Both the position numbers and the translations under genes were made by a program. The notes under the pieces were generated by a model. That model did no database searches, was not told where the DNA came from, and was given only the letters and a program-made list of their open reading frames with translations. 64,000 nucleotides of DNA from Nannocystis bainbridge (GTDB lineage: Bacteria; Myxococcota_A; Polyangia; Nannocystales; Nannocystaceae): the NCBI RefSeq assembly GCF_028368995.1, contig NZ_JAQNDL010000003.1, forward strand, positions 224,001-288,000, written 5' to 3'. Below, in pieces: positions 1-10,740 of the stretch. Position 1 is the first letter of the stretch, and each line of letters begins with the position of its first letter.

Positions 1-261
1 GGTCGCGCCGGTGGTCGGCCCCGCCGTCGTCGGCTCCGCCGTGCTCGCGTCCGAGGTCGCGCTCGCCTCGGTCGTCGCCGCGGTCGTCGTCGCGGTCGTC
101 GTCATCGCTTCGCCCGTCGTCGGCGCCCCGCTCGTCGCGTTCGTCTCGCTGCCCGACGCCGACTCGCCGCCCTTGTCGGGACAGCCGGTCGGGAGCACCA
201 GCGCCACTGCGCAAGAACCGCGAATTGCACTCGACACCAAGCTTTTAGTTTCAAGTCGCAT
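1..261 (-). CDS. Thr-rich lipoprotein, N-terminal part (runs off the window edge)
   Basis: Manual translation from ATG 261: MRLETKSLVSSAIRGSCAVALVLPTGCPDKGGESASGSETNATSGAPTT..., a signal peptide plus Cys followed by a Thr-rich linker like neighbouring genes. Confidence 0.7.
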   Translation of the reverse strand, partial: MRLETKSLVSSAIRGSCAVALVLPTGCPDKGGESASGSETNATSGAPTTGEAMTTTATTTAATTEASATSDASTAEPTTAGPTTGAT

Positions 262-502
262 TGCGCGAGCATGAATCAGCGAGCTCGACCCGTCCAGCGC
301 TTTCCTCACGCGGCCTCGCGGCCCCAGGCCCATCAGGACCGCAGTGCACACATACCTAACAATCAAACCCAGGTGATTCACCGATCGAGATCCATGAATC
401 ATCGCAATCACCCCAGGGCCCGAGCGCCCGAGCGCACGGTGCGCGAATGACCGCACACGGAATCAAGCTTGGCGAGCGGGCCCCAGATGCTATGGCAAGC
501 CC

Positions 503-2950
503 ATGCACCTGCGACCTCTCCTTGGCATGATGATGATTTCGTGGTCCGGCGTCGGCCTGCTGGCCTGCGGCGACGACGGCGACGCCTCGACCACCGACGG
601 CGCCGGCACCGATCCGACCGGCACCACCGCGACCGTCGGCGAACCGACCACGACGATACCGACCACGACGACGCCCACCACGGACGTCGAACCGACCACC
701 GGTGACAGCGAGGGTGAGACCAGCTCGACGACCGACACCACGACCGGCGACCCGCCTGCGCTCGCCTGTCACGAGCTCCCGCTCCCGGCCGCGCTCGTCG
801 AAGACGGCGCCTGGGACGACGACCTGACGATCTCCGGCTTCGCCGGCTACGACGGCCTCACCCCCAAGGTCTACGACTTCGCCCGCGACGCCGACGGCGA
901 CCTGCTCGCCGTCGGCTACTTCCATTACATCGGCAAGGACAGCGTCCAGCCATTCGCGCGCCACGACGGCAGCGGGTGGATCGAAGACCCGGGCCTCGAC
1001 GTCGCGCTCGAGCGGCCCACGCTCTCGGCCGTCGCCGCCGACGACGGCGGTCGCGTCGCTCTCGCCACCTACTCGGCCCTCCCGTTCGACCTCATGCAGC
1101 GCGACGGCGAGCTGCTGCTGGCCGACGGCGGCGGCTTCGAGGTCATCGCCACCTTCAAGGGGGCGGTCCGCAGCATGGCGTGGTATGACGGCGAGCTGTG
1201 GGTCGCCGGCGTGTTCGCCCTCGACGGCGAGCCTGCCATGCCCCACCTCGCGGTGTACGACGGCGTCGACTGGCACGCCCCGCCGGGCGGCGCGCTGGTC
1301 GGCTTCGGCGCCTTCGAGCTCACCGTCGACGACGAGGTCCTGCTGGTCGGCGGCCGCTTCTCCAACGTCGGCGGCGTCGCGGCGCAATCGGTGGCCGCGT
1401 GGGACGGCGCCGCCTGGACCGCCTTCGACCTGCCCGACGCGACGGTGTACGCGCTGGCGCGCGACGGCCAGGGCGACCTCTACGCCGGCGGCCTGTTCTC
1501 GGTCGAGAACAGCGTCGAGACCGGCGGCATCGCCCGCTGGTCCGGCCAATCATGGCAGTCGGTCGCCGGTGGTCTCGCCAATCCGAGCTTCCGCGGGGTC
1601 GTCTCCGACCTGGCCGTTCGGTCAGGTGAGCTCCACGTCGCCGGCTGCTTCACCGCCGCCGGCGGCGTGCCCGACGATCCCGACGCCATCCCGGCGCCGG
1701 GCCTGGCGCGCTGGGCCGGCGGCGCCTGGGAGGCCCTCGCCGACCCCGCCAGCGGCGTCGGCACGGCGTGGTTCACCCCGCTCAAGTGCGGCGACGAGGG
1801 CCCCGACGCGCTGTGGGACGCCCAGCACCAGCGCCTGTTCGCCGCCGGCGATCGCCTGCTGCTCGGTGGTTCGTTCGCCGGCGTCGACGGCGTCCCGTCG
1901 CAGAGCGTCATCGAGCTCGACGCAGACGATCAATGGATCGCCCAGGGCGAGCCCGGCCGCGGCTTCTCCGGCTCCACCCGCTCGCTCGCCGTCGGCGGCC
2001 GCGAATGTGCGGTCCACGTCATGGGCGGCGTGACCCACGCCGGCGCGCTCGCGGTCGACAATCGCGTGCTGCGCAGCGACGGCGACGCCTGGGTCCCCGT
2101 CGGCCCGCCGATCCCCGCCGAGGCCTATTGTTGGCAGCTCGCGGTCGACGGCGCCGGCGTGCCCGCGCTCGGCTGCGACCTCCCGCCCGAGGGCGACCTC
2201 CCGCCCGAGGGCGGCGTCCTGCGCCTCGTCGACGATTCATGGCAGTTGTTCGGCGCCTCGTTCGTCCAGGGCGGCGTCGCCACCGTCGGCTTCGATCCGG
2301 CGGGCGCGCTGTGGGCCGCCGGCGGCGGCGGTGAGGGCTTCGTCGCCCGCGAGGACGGCAACGCGCTGATCACTCTCGGTACCAGCAATGGCCGGGTCGC
2401 CGCGCTCGCGTTCCGCACCACCCCCGCGGGCGAGCCGGTGCAGCTCGTCGTCGGCGGCTACTTCAGCGAATTCGAGGGCTTCCCGGCCGCCGGCGTGGCT
2501 CACTGGAACGGCGAAGTCTGGGAGCCGCTCGGCCCCGGCATCGTCGGCAGCGTGCTCGCCGTCGCCTACGCCGAGGACGGTGCCATCTATGCCAGCACCG
2601 CCGACGACGGCACCCCCGAACGGCCGATCCTGGCCCGCTGGGACGGCACTTCGTGGCTCGACGTCGCCACCCCCGAGCCCGGACCCGTCGACGCCGGCTA
2701 CGCCTTCTATTCGCTGCTGGCCCGCGGCCAATACGTGGTCGCGTCCGGCTTCGCCTGGCCCGGCTCCGAGCGGCGCAACGTCTTCGTCTACGACGGCACC
2801 AGCTTCGAGAGCCTGCGCGGCGGGGCCACGGCCATCTACGTCGAATCGTCGGCGCTGGCCGGCGACGGCCTGTGGTTCGGCGGCACGATCGCGGAGGCCG
2901 GCCCCCCCGAGGCTCGCGTCTCCTCGGTGGGGATCGCCCACCTCCGGTGA
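503..2950 (+). CDS. Lipoprotein with Thr-rich linker and repeated beta-propeller-like units (GGxF...vArWDGxxW)
   Basis: Lipobox LLAC, Thr-rich stalk, recurring 'GG.F...A.WDG..W' repeats, good GC3 frame. Confidence 0.8.
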   Translation: MHLRPLLGMMMISWSGVGLLACGDDGDASTTDGAGTDPTGTTATVGEPTTTIPTTTTPTTDVEPTTGDSEGETSSTTDTTTGDPPALACHELPLPAALVEDGAWDDDLTISGFAGYDGLTPKVYDFARDADGDLLAVGYFHYIGKDSVQPFARHDGSGWIEDPGLDVALERPTLSAVAADDGGRVALATYSALPFDLMQRDGELLLADGGGFEVIATFKGAVRSMAWYDGELWVAGVFALDGEPAMPHLAVYDGVDWHAPPGGALVGFGAFELTVDDEVLLVGGRFSNVGGVAAQSVAAWDGAAWTAFDLPDATVYALARDGQGDLYAGGLFSVENSVETGGIARWSGQSWQSVAGGLANPSFRGVVSDLAVRSGELHVAGCFTAAGGVPDDPDAIPAPGLARWAGGAWEALADPASGVGTAWFTPLKCGDEGPDALWDAQHQRLFAAGDRLLLGGSFAGVDGVPSQSVIELDADDQWIAQGEPGRGFSGSTRSLAVGGRECAVHVMGGVTHAGALAVDNRVLRSDGDAWVPVGPPIPAEAYCWQLAVDGAGVPALGCDLPPEGDLPPEGGVLRLVDDSWQLFGASFVQGGVATVGFDPAGALWAAGGGGEGFVAREDGNALITLGTSNGRVAALAFRTTPAGEPVQLVVGGYFSEFEGFPAAGVAHWNGEVWEPLGPGIVGSVLAVAYAEDGAIYASTADDGTPERPILARWDGTSWLDVATPEPGPVDAGYAFYSLLARGQYVVASGFAWPGSERRNVFVYDGTSFESLRGGATAIYVESSALAGDGLWFGGTIAEAGPPEARVSSVGIAHLR

Positions 2951-3450
2951 TTGGCACGACAGCACCCACGTTCACGACGTCGCGTGCGTCTGGCGCGCCT
3001 CGTCGTCGACCGTCGCTGCCGGTTAAAAGGAACGTCGCCGACCACGCTCGCGCCCGGCACCGAGGCCCCGCACGCCGACGGCGTTCGCGCACCCTGCCCC
3101 ACCCCGGGGGCTCACCGGCGAATCGCCATACCCGACGGCCTTCCGGGGAAATAACCGTGTTCTCGCGACCCCGGGGCCCCTCCGATTCAGCGCGGTCGAG
3201 CCCTGTGACGTTGTCCGCGAAAATCCCGGCAGACCTTTTACGAGCCGCGGCGATTGCCCGCTCGAGCCGACTCCGCGACGATCCCGCCGGACCTCATGCC
3301 CCGGTGATTTCCCGCGTGGGCCCGGAGTCGCCGATATGGGAGCACGTCGCATCCGGGCCGTTCGCATCCGCCCGCTGCGCGATCGCGCAATGTTGCGCCG
3401 CTTCGCGGCTTCGGGGCATCATCCCGGGGTTCGATGGAGAGCGGCCGCGC

Positions 3451-4937
<1,487 letters not shown>

Positions 4938-4941
<4 letters not shown>

Positions 4942-5390
4942 AGTCGAACAGCAAGCGTCCCATCACTATACTGATCGCCGACGACGACCCCGAGGACCGC
5001 ATGCTGGCGGCCGAGGCGCTCAAGGAGAGCCGCCTCGCCAACGACATCCGCTTCGTCGAGGACGGCGAGGAGCTCATCGACTACTTGCTGCTGCGCGGCA
5101 AGTTCACCAACCCTGACGACGCGCCGCGCCCGGGCGTCATCCTGCTCGACCTCAACATGCCGCGCAAGGACGGCCGCGAGGCCCTGCGCGAGATCAAGGA
5201 GACCCCGGACCTGCGCCGGATCCCGATCATCGTGCTCACCACCTCCAAGGCCGAGATCGACATCTATCGCAGCTACGACCTCGGCGTGAACTCGTTCATC
5301 GTCAAGCCGGTCACCTTCGACTCGCTGGTCGAGGTCATGCAGGTCCTGCGCAAGTACTGGTTCGAGATCGTCGAGATCGCCGCGGACTGA
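4938..5390 (+). CDS. Single-domain response regulator, Rcp1-like
   Basis: ILIADDD...LLDLNMPRKDG...LTTS...IVKPV...YWFE; ATGA overlap with the kinase. Confidence 0.92.
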
Positions 5391-5391
5391 G

Positions 5392-7350
5392 ATGCACGAG
5401 CCGGTCGACGTGCTGATCGTGGACGACGACGAGGACGACTTCGTCCTCGCGCAAGACCTGATCGCCGACATCACGGCCAGCGAGTACCGGGTGCGGTGGA
5501 TCCAGTCCTACCAGGACGCCGTGCACGCGCTCCTGACCGCCGCGCCCGACGTCTGCCTGCTCGACTACCGGCTCGAGGCGCGCACCGGCATCGACCTGCT
5601 CCGCGAGGTCCGCGGGCTCGGCTGCGACGTCCCGATCATCTTCCTCACCGGGCAGACCGAGCGTGAGCTCGACGTCGAGGCGATGCACGCCGGCGCCGAC
5701 GATTTCCTGATCAAGGGCAGCTTCACCACCCGCGAGCTCGAGCGGGCCATCCGCTACGCCATCGAGCGCGCGGCCACCGGCGCCGCCCAGCGGCGGCTGA
5801 CCGAGGAGCTGCGGCTGATGCAGGTCCAGGCCCAGCGCTCGAGCCAGGCCAAGAGCACCTTCCTGGCCAACATGAGCCACGAGTTCCGCACCCCGCTGAA
5901 CGCCATCCTCGGCTACAGCGACATGTTGATCGATCAGGCGCGGGCCGGCGAGTTCGAGCAGATCGAGGACGACCTCAACCGGATCCGCGCCGCCGGCAAT
6001 CACTTGCTCGCGCTCGTCACCGACATCCTCGACCTCAGCCGCATCGAGGCCGGCCGGCTCAGCCTCGCGCCCGAGTCTTACACCCTCGGCGAGCTGCTGC
6101 GCGAGGTCGTCGACGCCGTCGCCCCGCTCATCCACCGCAACGGCAACCGCTTCGTCTACGCCCCCGCCGACGAGCTCGGCGAGATGGTCGCCGACGCCAC
6201 CCGCGCGCGCCAGATCCTCTTCAACCTGCTCAGCAACGCCGGCAAGTTCACGCGCAAGGGCCTCGTCTCGCTGGCCGTCACGCGCCGGCCCGCGCGGCTC
6301 AGCGACTTCAACCACCACGCCGGCGACCAGGCGATCGAGGGCGTCGATTGCGTCGATTTCGTGGTCGCCGACTCGGGCATCGGCATGACGCCCAAGCAGA
6401 TGGAGCGGCTGTTCGAGCCGTTCTCGCAGGTCGACGACACCGGCGGGCGCCGCTTCGGCGGCTCGGGCCTCGGGCTTGCGATCAGCCGCCGGCTCGCGCG
6501 GGCCATGGGCGGCGAGCTGCGGGCCCGCAGCGAGATGGGCCGCGGCTCCTCGTTTCGCCTGTCGCTGCCCTCGGACAGCACCGCCGCAGCGCGCTGGCGC
6601 GGCCTCACCCCCGAGCGGCAGTTCGCCACCGGCGAGCGCGGTCAGCTGCCGATCGTGTTCGTGCTCGGGCCGTCCGACGCGTTCGGTCGCCAGCTGCGCG
6701 ACCAATTGGCCGAGGTCCAGCTCGACATCGTCGTCGAGGCCGACCTGCGCCGCGGCGTCAAGTTGGCGCGCGCGCTCGGGCCCTCGCTGTTGGTGGTCGA
6801 GCTCAACGTCGGCTCGCCGGCCACCCTCGTCGCCCTCGGCCAGCTCGCGCGCGAGCCCAGCCTGCAGGAGGCCGACGTGTTGGTCTACCTGGTCGACGAG
6901 CCGGCCCAGTTCGGCTGCCTGCTCCACTGCGACGGGGTCGTCAGCGCCCCGCTGCAGGCGCTGCAGCTGCAGCGCCTCGTCGAGCGCCTGTCCCCGGGGA
7001 CATCTCAGCCGCTGCACCTGTGGTCAAACAGCGCCGGCCTGCTGCAGGAGGCCACCGAGATGATTCGCCACACCCGCCGGCTCGCGGCCGCCGGCGGAGG
7101 CCTCGATGCCAGCGAGCTGCACCTCGTGCACCTGGCCGCGCCGGGGGCCTCGTGGGGCCTCACCGCCGCCCGCCCCGACGCGGGCACCGGCGGGCCCGCG
7201 GTCGTGCTGGTCGCGCCCGACGACCCGCGCGCCGTCCCGCCGAGCTTCGCCGCCGAGATGCGCGCGCTCGTCGAGCAGACCGGCATCCCGCGCCAGGAGC
7301 TCGCGCGCGAGGTCAGCAGCGCGCTCGTGTCGCGCATGACCCGCGAGTGA
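5392..7350 (+). CDS. Hybrid REC-HisKA-HATPase kinase with a degenerate C-terminal receiver-like region
   Basis: N-terminal REC (LIVDDD, LLDY), FLANMSHEFRTPLN, NLLSNAGKF, DSGIGM, GSGLGL. Confidence 0.9.
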   Translation: MHEPVDVLIVDDDEDDFVLAQDLIADITASEYRVRWIQSYQDAVHALLTAAPDVCLLDYRLEARTGIDLLREVRGLGCDVPIIFLTGQTERELDVEAMHAGADDFLIKGSFTTRELERAIRYAIERAATGAAQRRLTEELRLMQVQAQRSSQAKSTFLANMSHEFRTPLNAILGYSDMLIDQARAGEFEQIEDDLNRIRAAGNHLLALVTDILDLSRIEAGRLSLAPESYTLGELLREVVDAVAPLIHRNGNRFVYAPADELGEMVADATRARQILFNLLSNAGKFTRKGLVSLAVTRRPARLSDFNHHAGDQAIEGVDCVDFVVADSGIGMTPKQMERLFEPFSQVDDTGGRRFGGSGLGLAISRRLARAMGGELRARSEMGRGSSFRLSLPSDSTAAARWRGLTPERQFATGERGQLPIVFVLGPSDAFGRQLRDQLAEVQLDIVVEADLRRGVKLARALGPSLLVVELNVGSPATLVALGQLAREPSLQEADVLVYLVDEPAQFGCLLHCDGVVSAPLQALQLQRLVERLSPGTSQPLHLWSNSAGLLQEATEMIRHTRRLAAAGGGLDASELHLVHLAAPGASWGLTAARPDAGTGGPAVVLVAPDDPRAVPPSFAAEMRALVEQTGIPRQELAREVSSALVSRMTRE

Positions 7351-7364
7351 CCCGCGAGGCACGC

Positions 7365-8351
7365 TCACAGCAGCGGCAGCCCCTTGTGCTTGACCGGCAG
7401 CTTCAGCAGCGCCGGCTTCGGCGTCCCGGGGAAGATGCCGTAATGGCGGGTGATGGCGAAGCTCGCCACGTACAGCGTCTTCTTGCTCGCGTGCGTCGCC
7501 CCGAACACCAGCGACGACGGCGCGTCGAGCAGCCCGCCCTCGGCGATGATGTCGATGTCGCCGTGCTTGTCGATCGCCACCAGCCGGTCCTGCCCGTTGA
7601 CCGCCACGAACAGCGTGCCCTTGTCGTCGAACGCGAGCCCGTCGGCCCCGGCCAGCGCGTCGTAGTCGTCGGCCCACACATCGATGTCGCCGGGTGAACC
7701 GTCGCACTCGACCTCGACGCGGAGGATCGTCCCGTAATCGAGGTTGCTGACGAACAGGTGGTTCTTGTGACGATCGAAGGCGATGCCGTCGACGCCGAAA
7801 TGCGAGAGCACCAGGTACGGATCGTCCTCGTTGCCCGCGAACGCAGCGTCCTGCAACCACACCTCGGGCGTGCCGTCCTCGTCGATCTTCCAGATCCGCG
7901 CGTGCAGCGGATCGGTCACGAACAGCCCGCCGTGGTCGTCGAACGCCAGATCGTTGGGGTAGCCGGTCGGGTCGAGGGTGGCGTGGGTCGTCACCCCGCC
8001 GTCGGGGTCGACGCGGAACACGAACGCGACCGGCGGCACCGGCGAGATGCTGCCGGTGGCGACAAAGAGGTCGCCGTCCTCGCCGAACTTGAGCCCCGCC
8101 GCCAGCACCCCCGGCGGCAGCGGCAGGGTCGCGAACACGCTCACGTGGCCCCAGGGGGTGATCCGCTTGATGTGGGCGCCCATGGACGCGTAGATGTTCC
8201 CGTCGGCATCCGTGGTGATCGACTCTGGCAATTCGCCGAGGCTCGGGTCGAACTTGGCGACTGTCGAAAGCTTGCCGCCCGCCGCCGCCACCCCCGGCGA
8301 GAGAGACATGAAAAGTCCTACGGACAATAAAACGAACAGGCTTCGACCCAT
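7365..8351 (-). CDS. Secreted SMP-30/gluconolactonase-like (NHL) beta-propeller protein
   Basis: Signal peptide; PESI, PNDLAFD, VDGIAFD, ADGLAFD blades; alternative start 8366. Confidence 0.8.
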   Translation of the reverse strand: MGRSLFVLLSVGLFMSLSPGVAAAGGKLSTVAKFDPSLGELPESITTDADGNIYASMGAHIKRITPWGHVSVFATLPLPPGVLAAGLKFGEDGDLFVATGSISPVPPVAFVFRVDPDGGVTTHATLDPTGYPNDLAFDDHGGLFVTDPLHARIWKIDEDGTPEVWLQDAAFAGNEDDPYLVLSHFGVDGIAFDRHKNHLFVSNLDYGTILRVEVECDGSPGDIDVWADDYDALAGADGLAFDDKGTLFVAVNGQDRLVAIDKHGDIDIIAEGGLLDAPSSLVFGATHASKKTLYVASFAITRHYGIFPGTPKPALLKLPVKHKGLPLL

Positions 8352-8535
8352 GACAAATCCCCCCATTGACGACCGGGCTTGTAGTGAAACAGTACGCTGT
8401 CAAGGATCAACAAGAACACCGTGAAGGACGCACTGCGATGATCGGTGGGCGCGACGGCGAGCGCGGCGACGACGCGCCACGGATTTCGCGAAAGGATAGT
8501 GGGTCGATCGGGTGCGGCTTGCTATCCTGGCGACG

Positions 8536-9924
8536 ATGACACGCTCTGGAATCGTCGCTCACCTGATGCGGCGCACCGCCCCCGGGCCGCGCGGCGGCCT
8601 CGTCCTCGGCAACCTCGCGGAGGTCGCCCAGGGCCGCATGTTCGAGCTCCTGCAGCATATGTGGCGGGCCCACGGCGACATCAGCTGCGCCCGGGTCGGC
8701 ACTCGACTGGTGTATCTCGTGGTCCACCCCGACCAGATCCAGCATGTGCTCGTGACGCGCCGGGAGAACTACACCAAGGCGTCGCACCGCGCCCGGCCGC
8801 TCATCGGCGACGGCCTGCCGGCCAGCAACGGCGAGCTGTGGGCCCGCCAGCGCAAGCTGCTGACCCCGCGGTTCCAGGTCGGCGCCCTGCCACAATTCGC
8901 CCCGCCGCTGCGCGGCGCCATGGAGCGCCAGCTCGGCCGCTGGCAGCAGGCGGCCGCCCGCGGCGACGAGCTCGACCTCGCCGACGAAATGATCGCCCTC
9001 ACCCTCGACGCGATCCTCGGCTCGCTGCTCGGCGAACGGCTCGACGACGAGGAGGCGCGGCTGCGCGCCGCCATCCGCGACGCCGTCGAGTTCGTCGCCG
9101 CCAGCAGCCAGCTGTTCCGCATCCCGCTGTCGTGGCCGACCCGGCGCAATCAACGTTTCCTGGCCGCCCTCGCGGTGATCGACGATTTCATCCTGCAGGC
9201 AATCGCGGCCCACCGGGACCGCCCCGCCGACGATCCTGACCTCCTCACATTCCTGCTCCGCCACGTCTCCGCCGATCCGCAAGCGCCCGACGCGGCGCGG
9301 CTGGTGCGCGACGAGGCGGTCAGCCTGCTGCTCGGCGGCCACGAATCGACCGCGCAGGCGCTGACATGGTTGCTTTATTGCCTCGACCTCCACCCGGAGG
9401 CCAGGGCGCGGGTGATGAGCGAGGTCGATACATTCGGCGACGCCCTGCCGACGGTCGCCGACCGCCAGCGCTTCCCGTTCCTCGCCGCCGCGGTGCAGGA
9501 GGCGCTGCGCCTGTACCCGCCGTTCTGGGCGTTCCCGCGCCACGTCGCCGCGGACGACGAGCTGGGCGGCTACCTCGTGCCCGCCGGCGCGACGGTGATG
9601 CTGTGCCCGTACCTCACGCACCGCCACCCGGCCCTGTGGGACGCGCCCGAGCGCTTCCAGCCCGAGCGCTTCCTCGGCGGCGTGGCCCAGGGCCGGGCGC
9701 GGGCCGCCTATCTGCCGTTCGGCTACGGCCCGCGGACCTGCATCGGCAACCACATGGCGACCACCGAGATCGTGCTGGCCACGGCGGCGATCCTGCGCCG
9801 CTTCACCGTCGAGCGCGTCCACCACGCCCCGGTCGCCCCGGAATTCTCGACGACCCTGCGACCGCGCGGCGGGATTCGCGTCAAGCTGACGTCCCGTCAG
9901 GGCGCCAGCGCCAGCTCCAGCTGA
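8536..9924 (+). CDS. Cytochrome P450
   Basis: GGHESTA I-helix, EALR (ExxR), PERF, FGYGPRTCIG heme-Cys motif; TATCCT -10-like hexamer 7 nt before ATG 8536. Confidence 0.95.
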   Translation: MTRSGIVAHLMRRTAPGPRGGLVLGNLAEVAQGRMFELLQHMWRAHGDISCARVGTRLVYLVVHPDQIQHVLVTRRENYTKASHRARPLIGDGLPASNGELWARQRKLLTPRFQVGALPQFAPPLRGAMERQLGRWQQAAARGDELDLADEMIALTLDAILGSLLGERLDDEEARLRAAIRDAVEFVAASSQLFRIPLSWPTRRNQRFLAALAVIDDFILQAIAAHRDRPADDPDLLTFLLRHVSADPQAPDAARLVRDEAVSLLLGGHESTAQALTWLLYCLDLHPEARARVMSEVDTFGDALPTVADRQRFPFLAAAVQEALRLYPPFWAFPRHVAADDELGGYLVPAGATVMLCPYLTHRHPALWDAPERFQPERFLGGVAQGRARAAYLPFGYGPRTCIGNHMATTEIVLATAAILRRFTVERVHHAPVAPEFSTTLRPRGGIRVKLTSRQGASASSS

Positions 9925-10613
9925 TCGAGAACATTGATACGATCGACCTGTGGCCAATTGTTGCGTCGTGCGATTGCCGACAGGGGCGGCCCCGCCTCGA
10001 ACACCAGGGGCCGACCGACGGCGGCGAGCACCTCGCAGTCGCCGGGGCCATTGCCCAGCGCGAGCGACCGTGACAGCCCGGCGCCGCGGGCCGCCGCGAA
10101 TGTACGTAACAATGTCAACTTGCCCCCGCGCGCCCCGGGCATGCTGTAGCATTGACCAGTGTAGCGACCGGCGTCGACCGTGAATCGCGAACCATCACAG
10201 TCGGTTACGCCCAGGTCCGCGGCCAGCAGCGCGACGATCTCGTGGGGACTGGACGACACGATATAGGGAGTTACCCCGACCTGCTCGAGCCGCGCGATCA
10301 GCGGGCGCACGAAGGCGAACAATTCACCGCGCAGCCGCTGCCACGTCGCTCGCGCCAGAGCCTCCAGCGCGGCCTGCTCCGCGCCCGCCAGCGCCGCCGC
10401 GTAGGCCGCGGTGCTGCGGGTCACCATCTCCGGGAAATCGATGGATCCAGCCCGATGCTGGCCGACCGCGGTCATCACCGCCGCCATCGCGTCGGCCCGC
10501 CCGAGCCCGTAGCGGCCCATGTCGTCGAGCAGCGCGAGCCCGATCGACCGCGGGTGCATCGTACCGTCGACATCGAGGATCGCCACGCGCCCCGCGGGTT
10601 CGTCGTACGTCAT
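9897..10613 (-). CDS. HAD-superfamily phosphatase (SerB/IB-like)
   Basis: LDVDGT motif I, IVSSS motif II, K, GNGPGD motif IV; TATGAT 6 nt before ATG 10613. Confidence 0.85.
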   Translation of the reverse strand: MTYDEPAGRVAILDVDGTMHPRSIGLALLDDMGRYGLGRADAMAAVMTAVGQHRAGSIDFPEMVTRSTAAYAAALAGAEQAALEALARATWQRLRGELFAFVRPLIARLEQVGVTPYIVSSSPHEIVALLAADLGVTDCDGSRFTVDAGRYTGQCYSMPGARGGKLTLLRTFAAARGAGLSRSLALGNGPGDCEVLAAVGRPLVFEAGPPLSAIARRNNWPQVDRINVLDQLELALAP

Positions 10614-10740
10614 GCCGCGATCATAGCGGAGCGGCGACGCATGCTCCAGACCCCAGACACGCGGGCCGCCGGATAATTCGTCGGTCCGCGCGATGGTCGT
10701 TGATCGTAACCAATAATTCGAGTAGCTCTGATCAAAGGTC

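Noticed and set aside
2951-3450. Possible sigma-54 promoter (TTGGCACG at 2951) or riboswitch in this intergenic region
   Set aside because: No correctly spaced -12 TTGC element, and no recognisable riboswitch consensus
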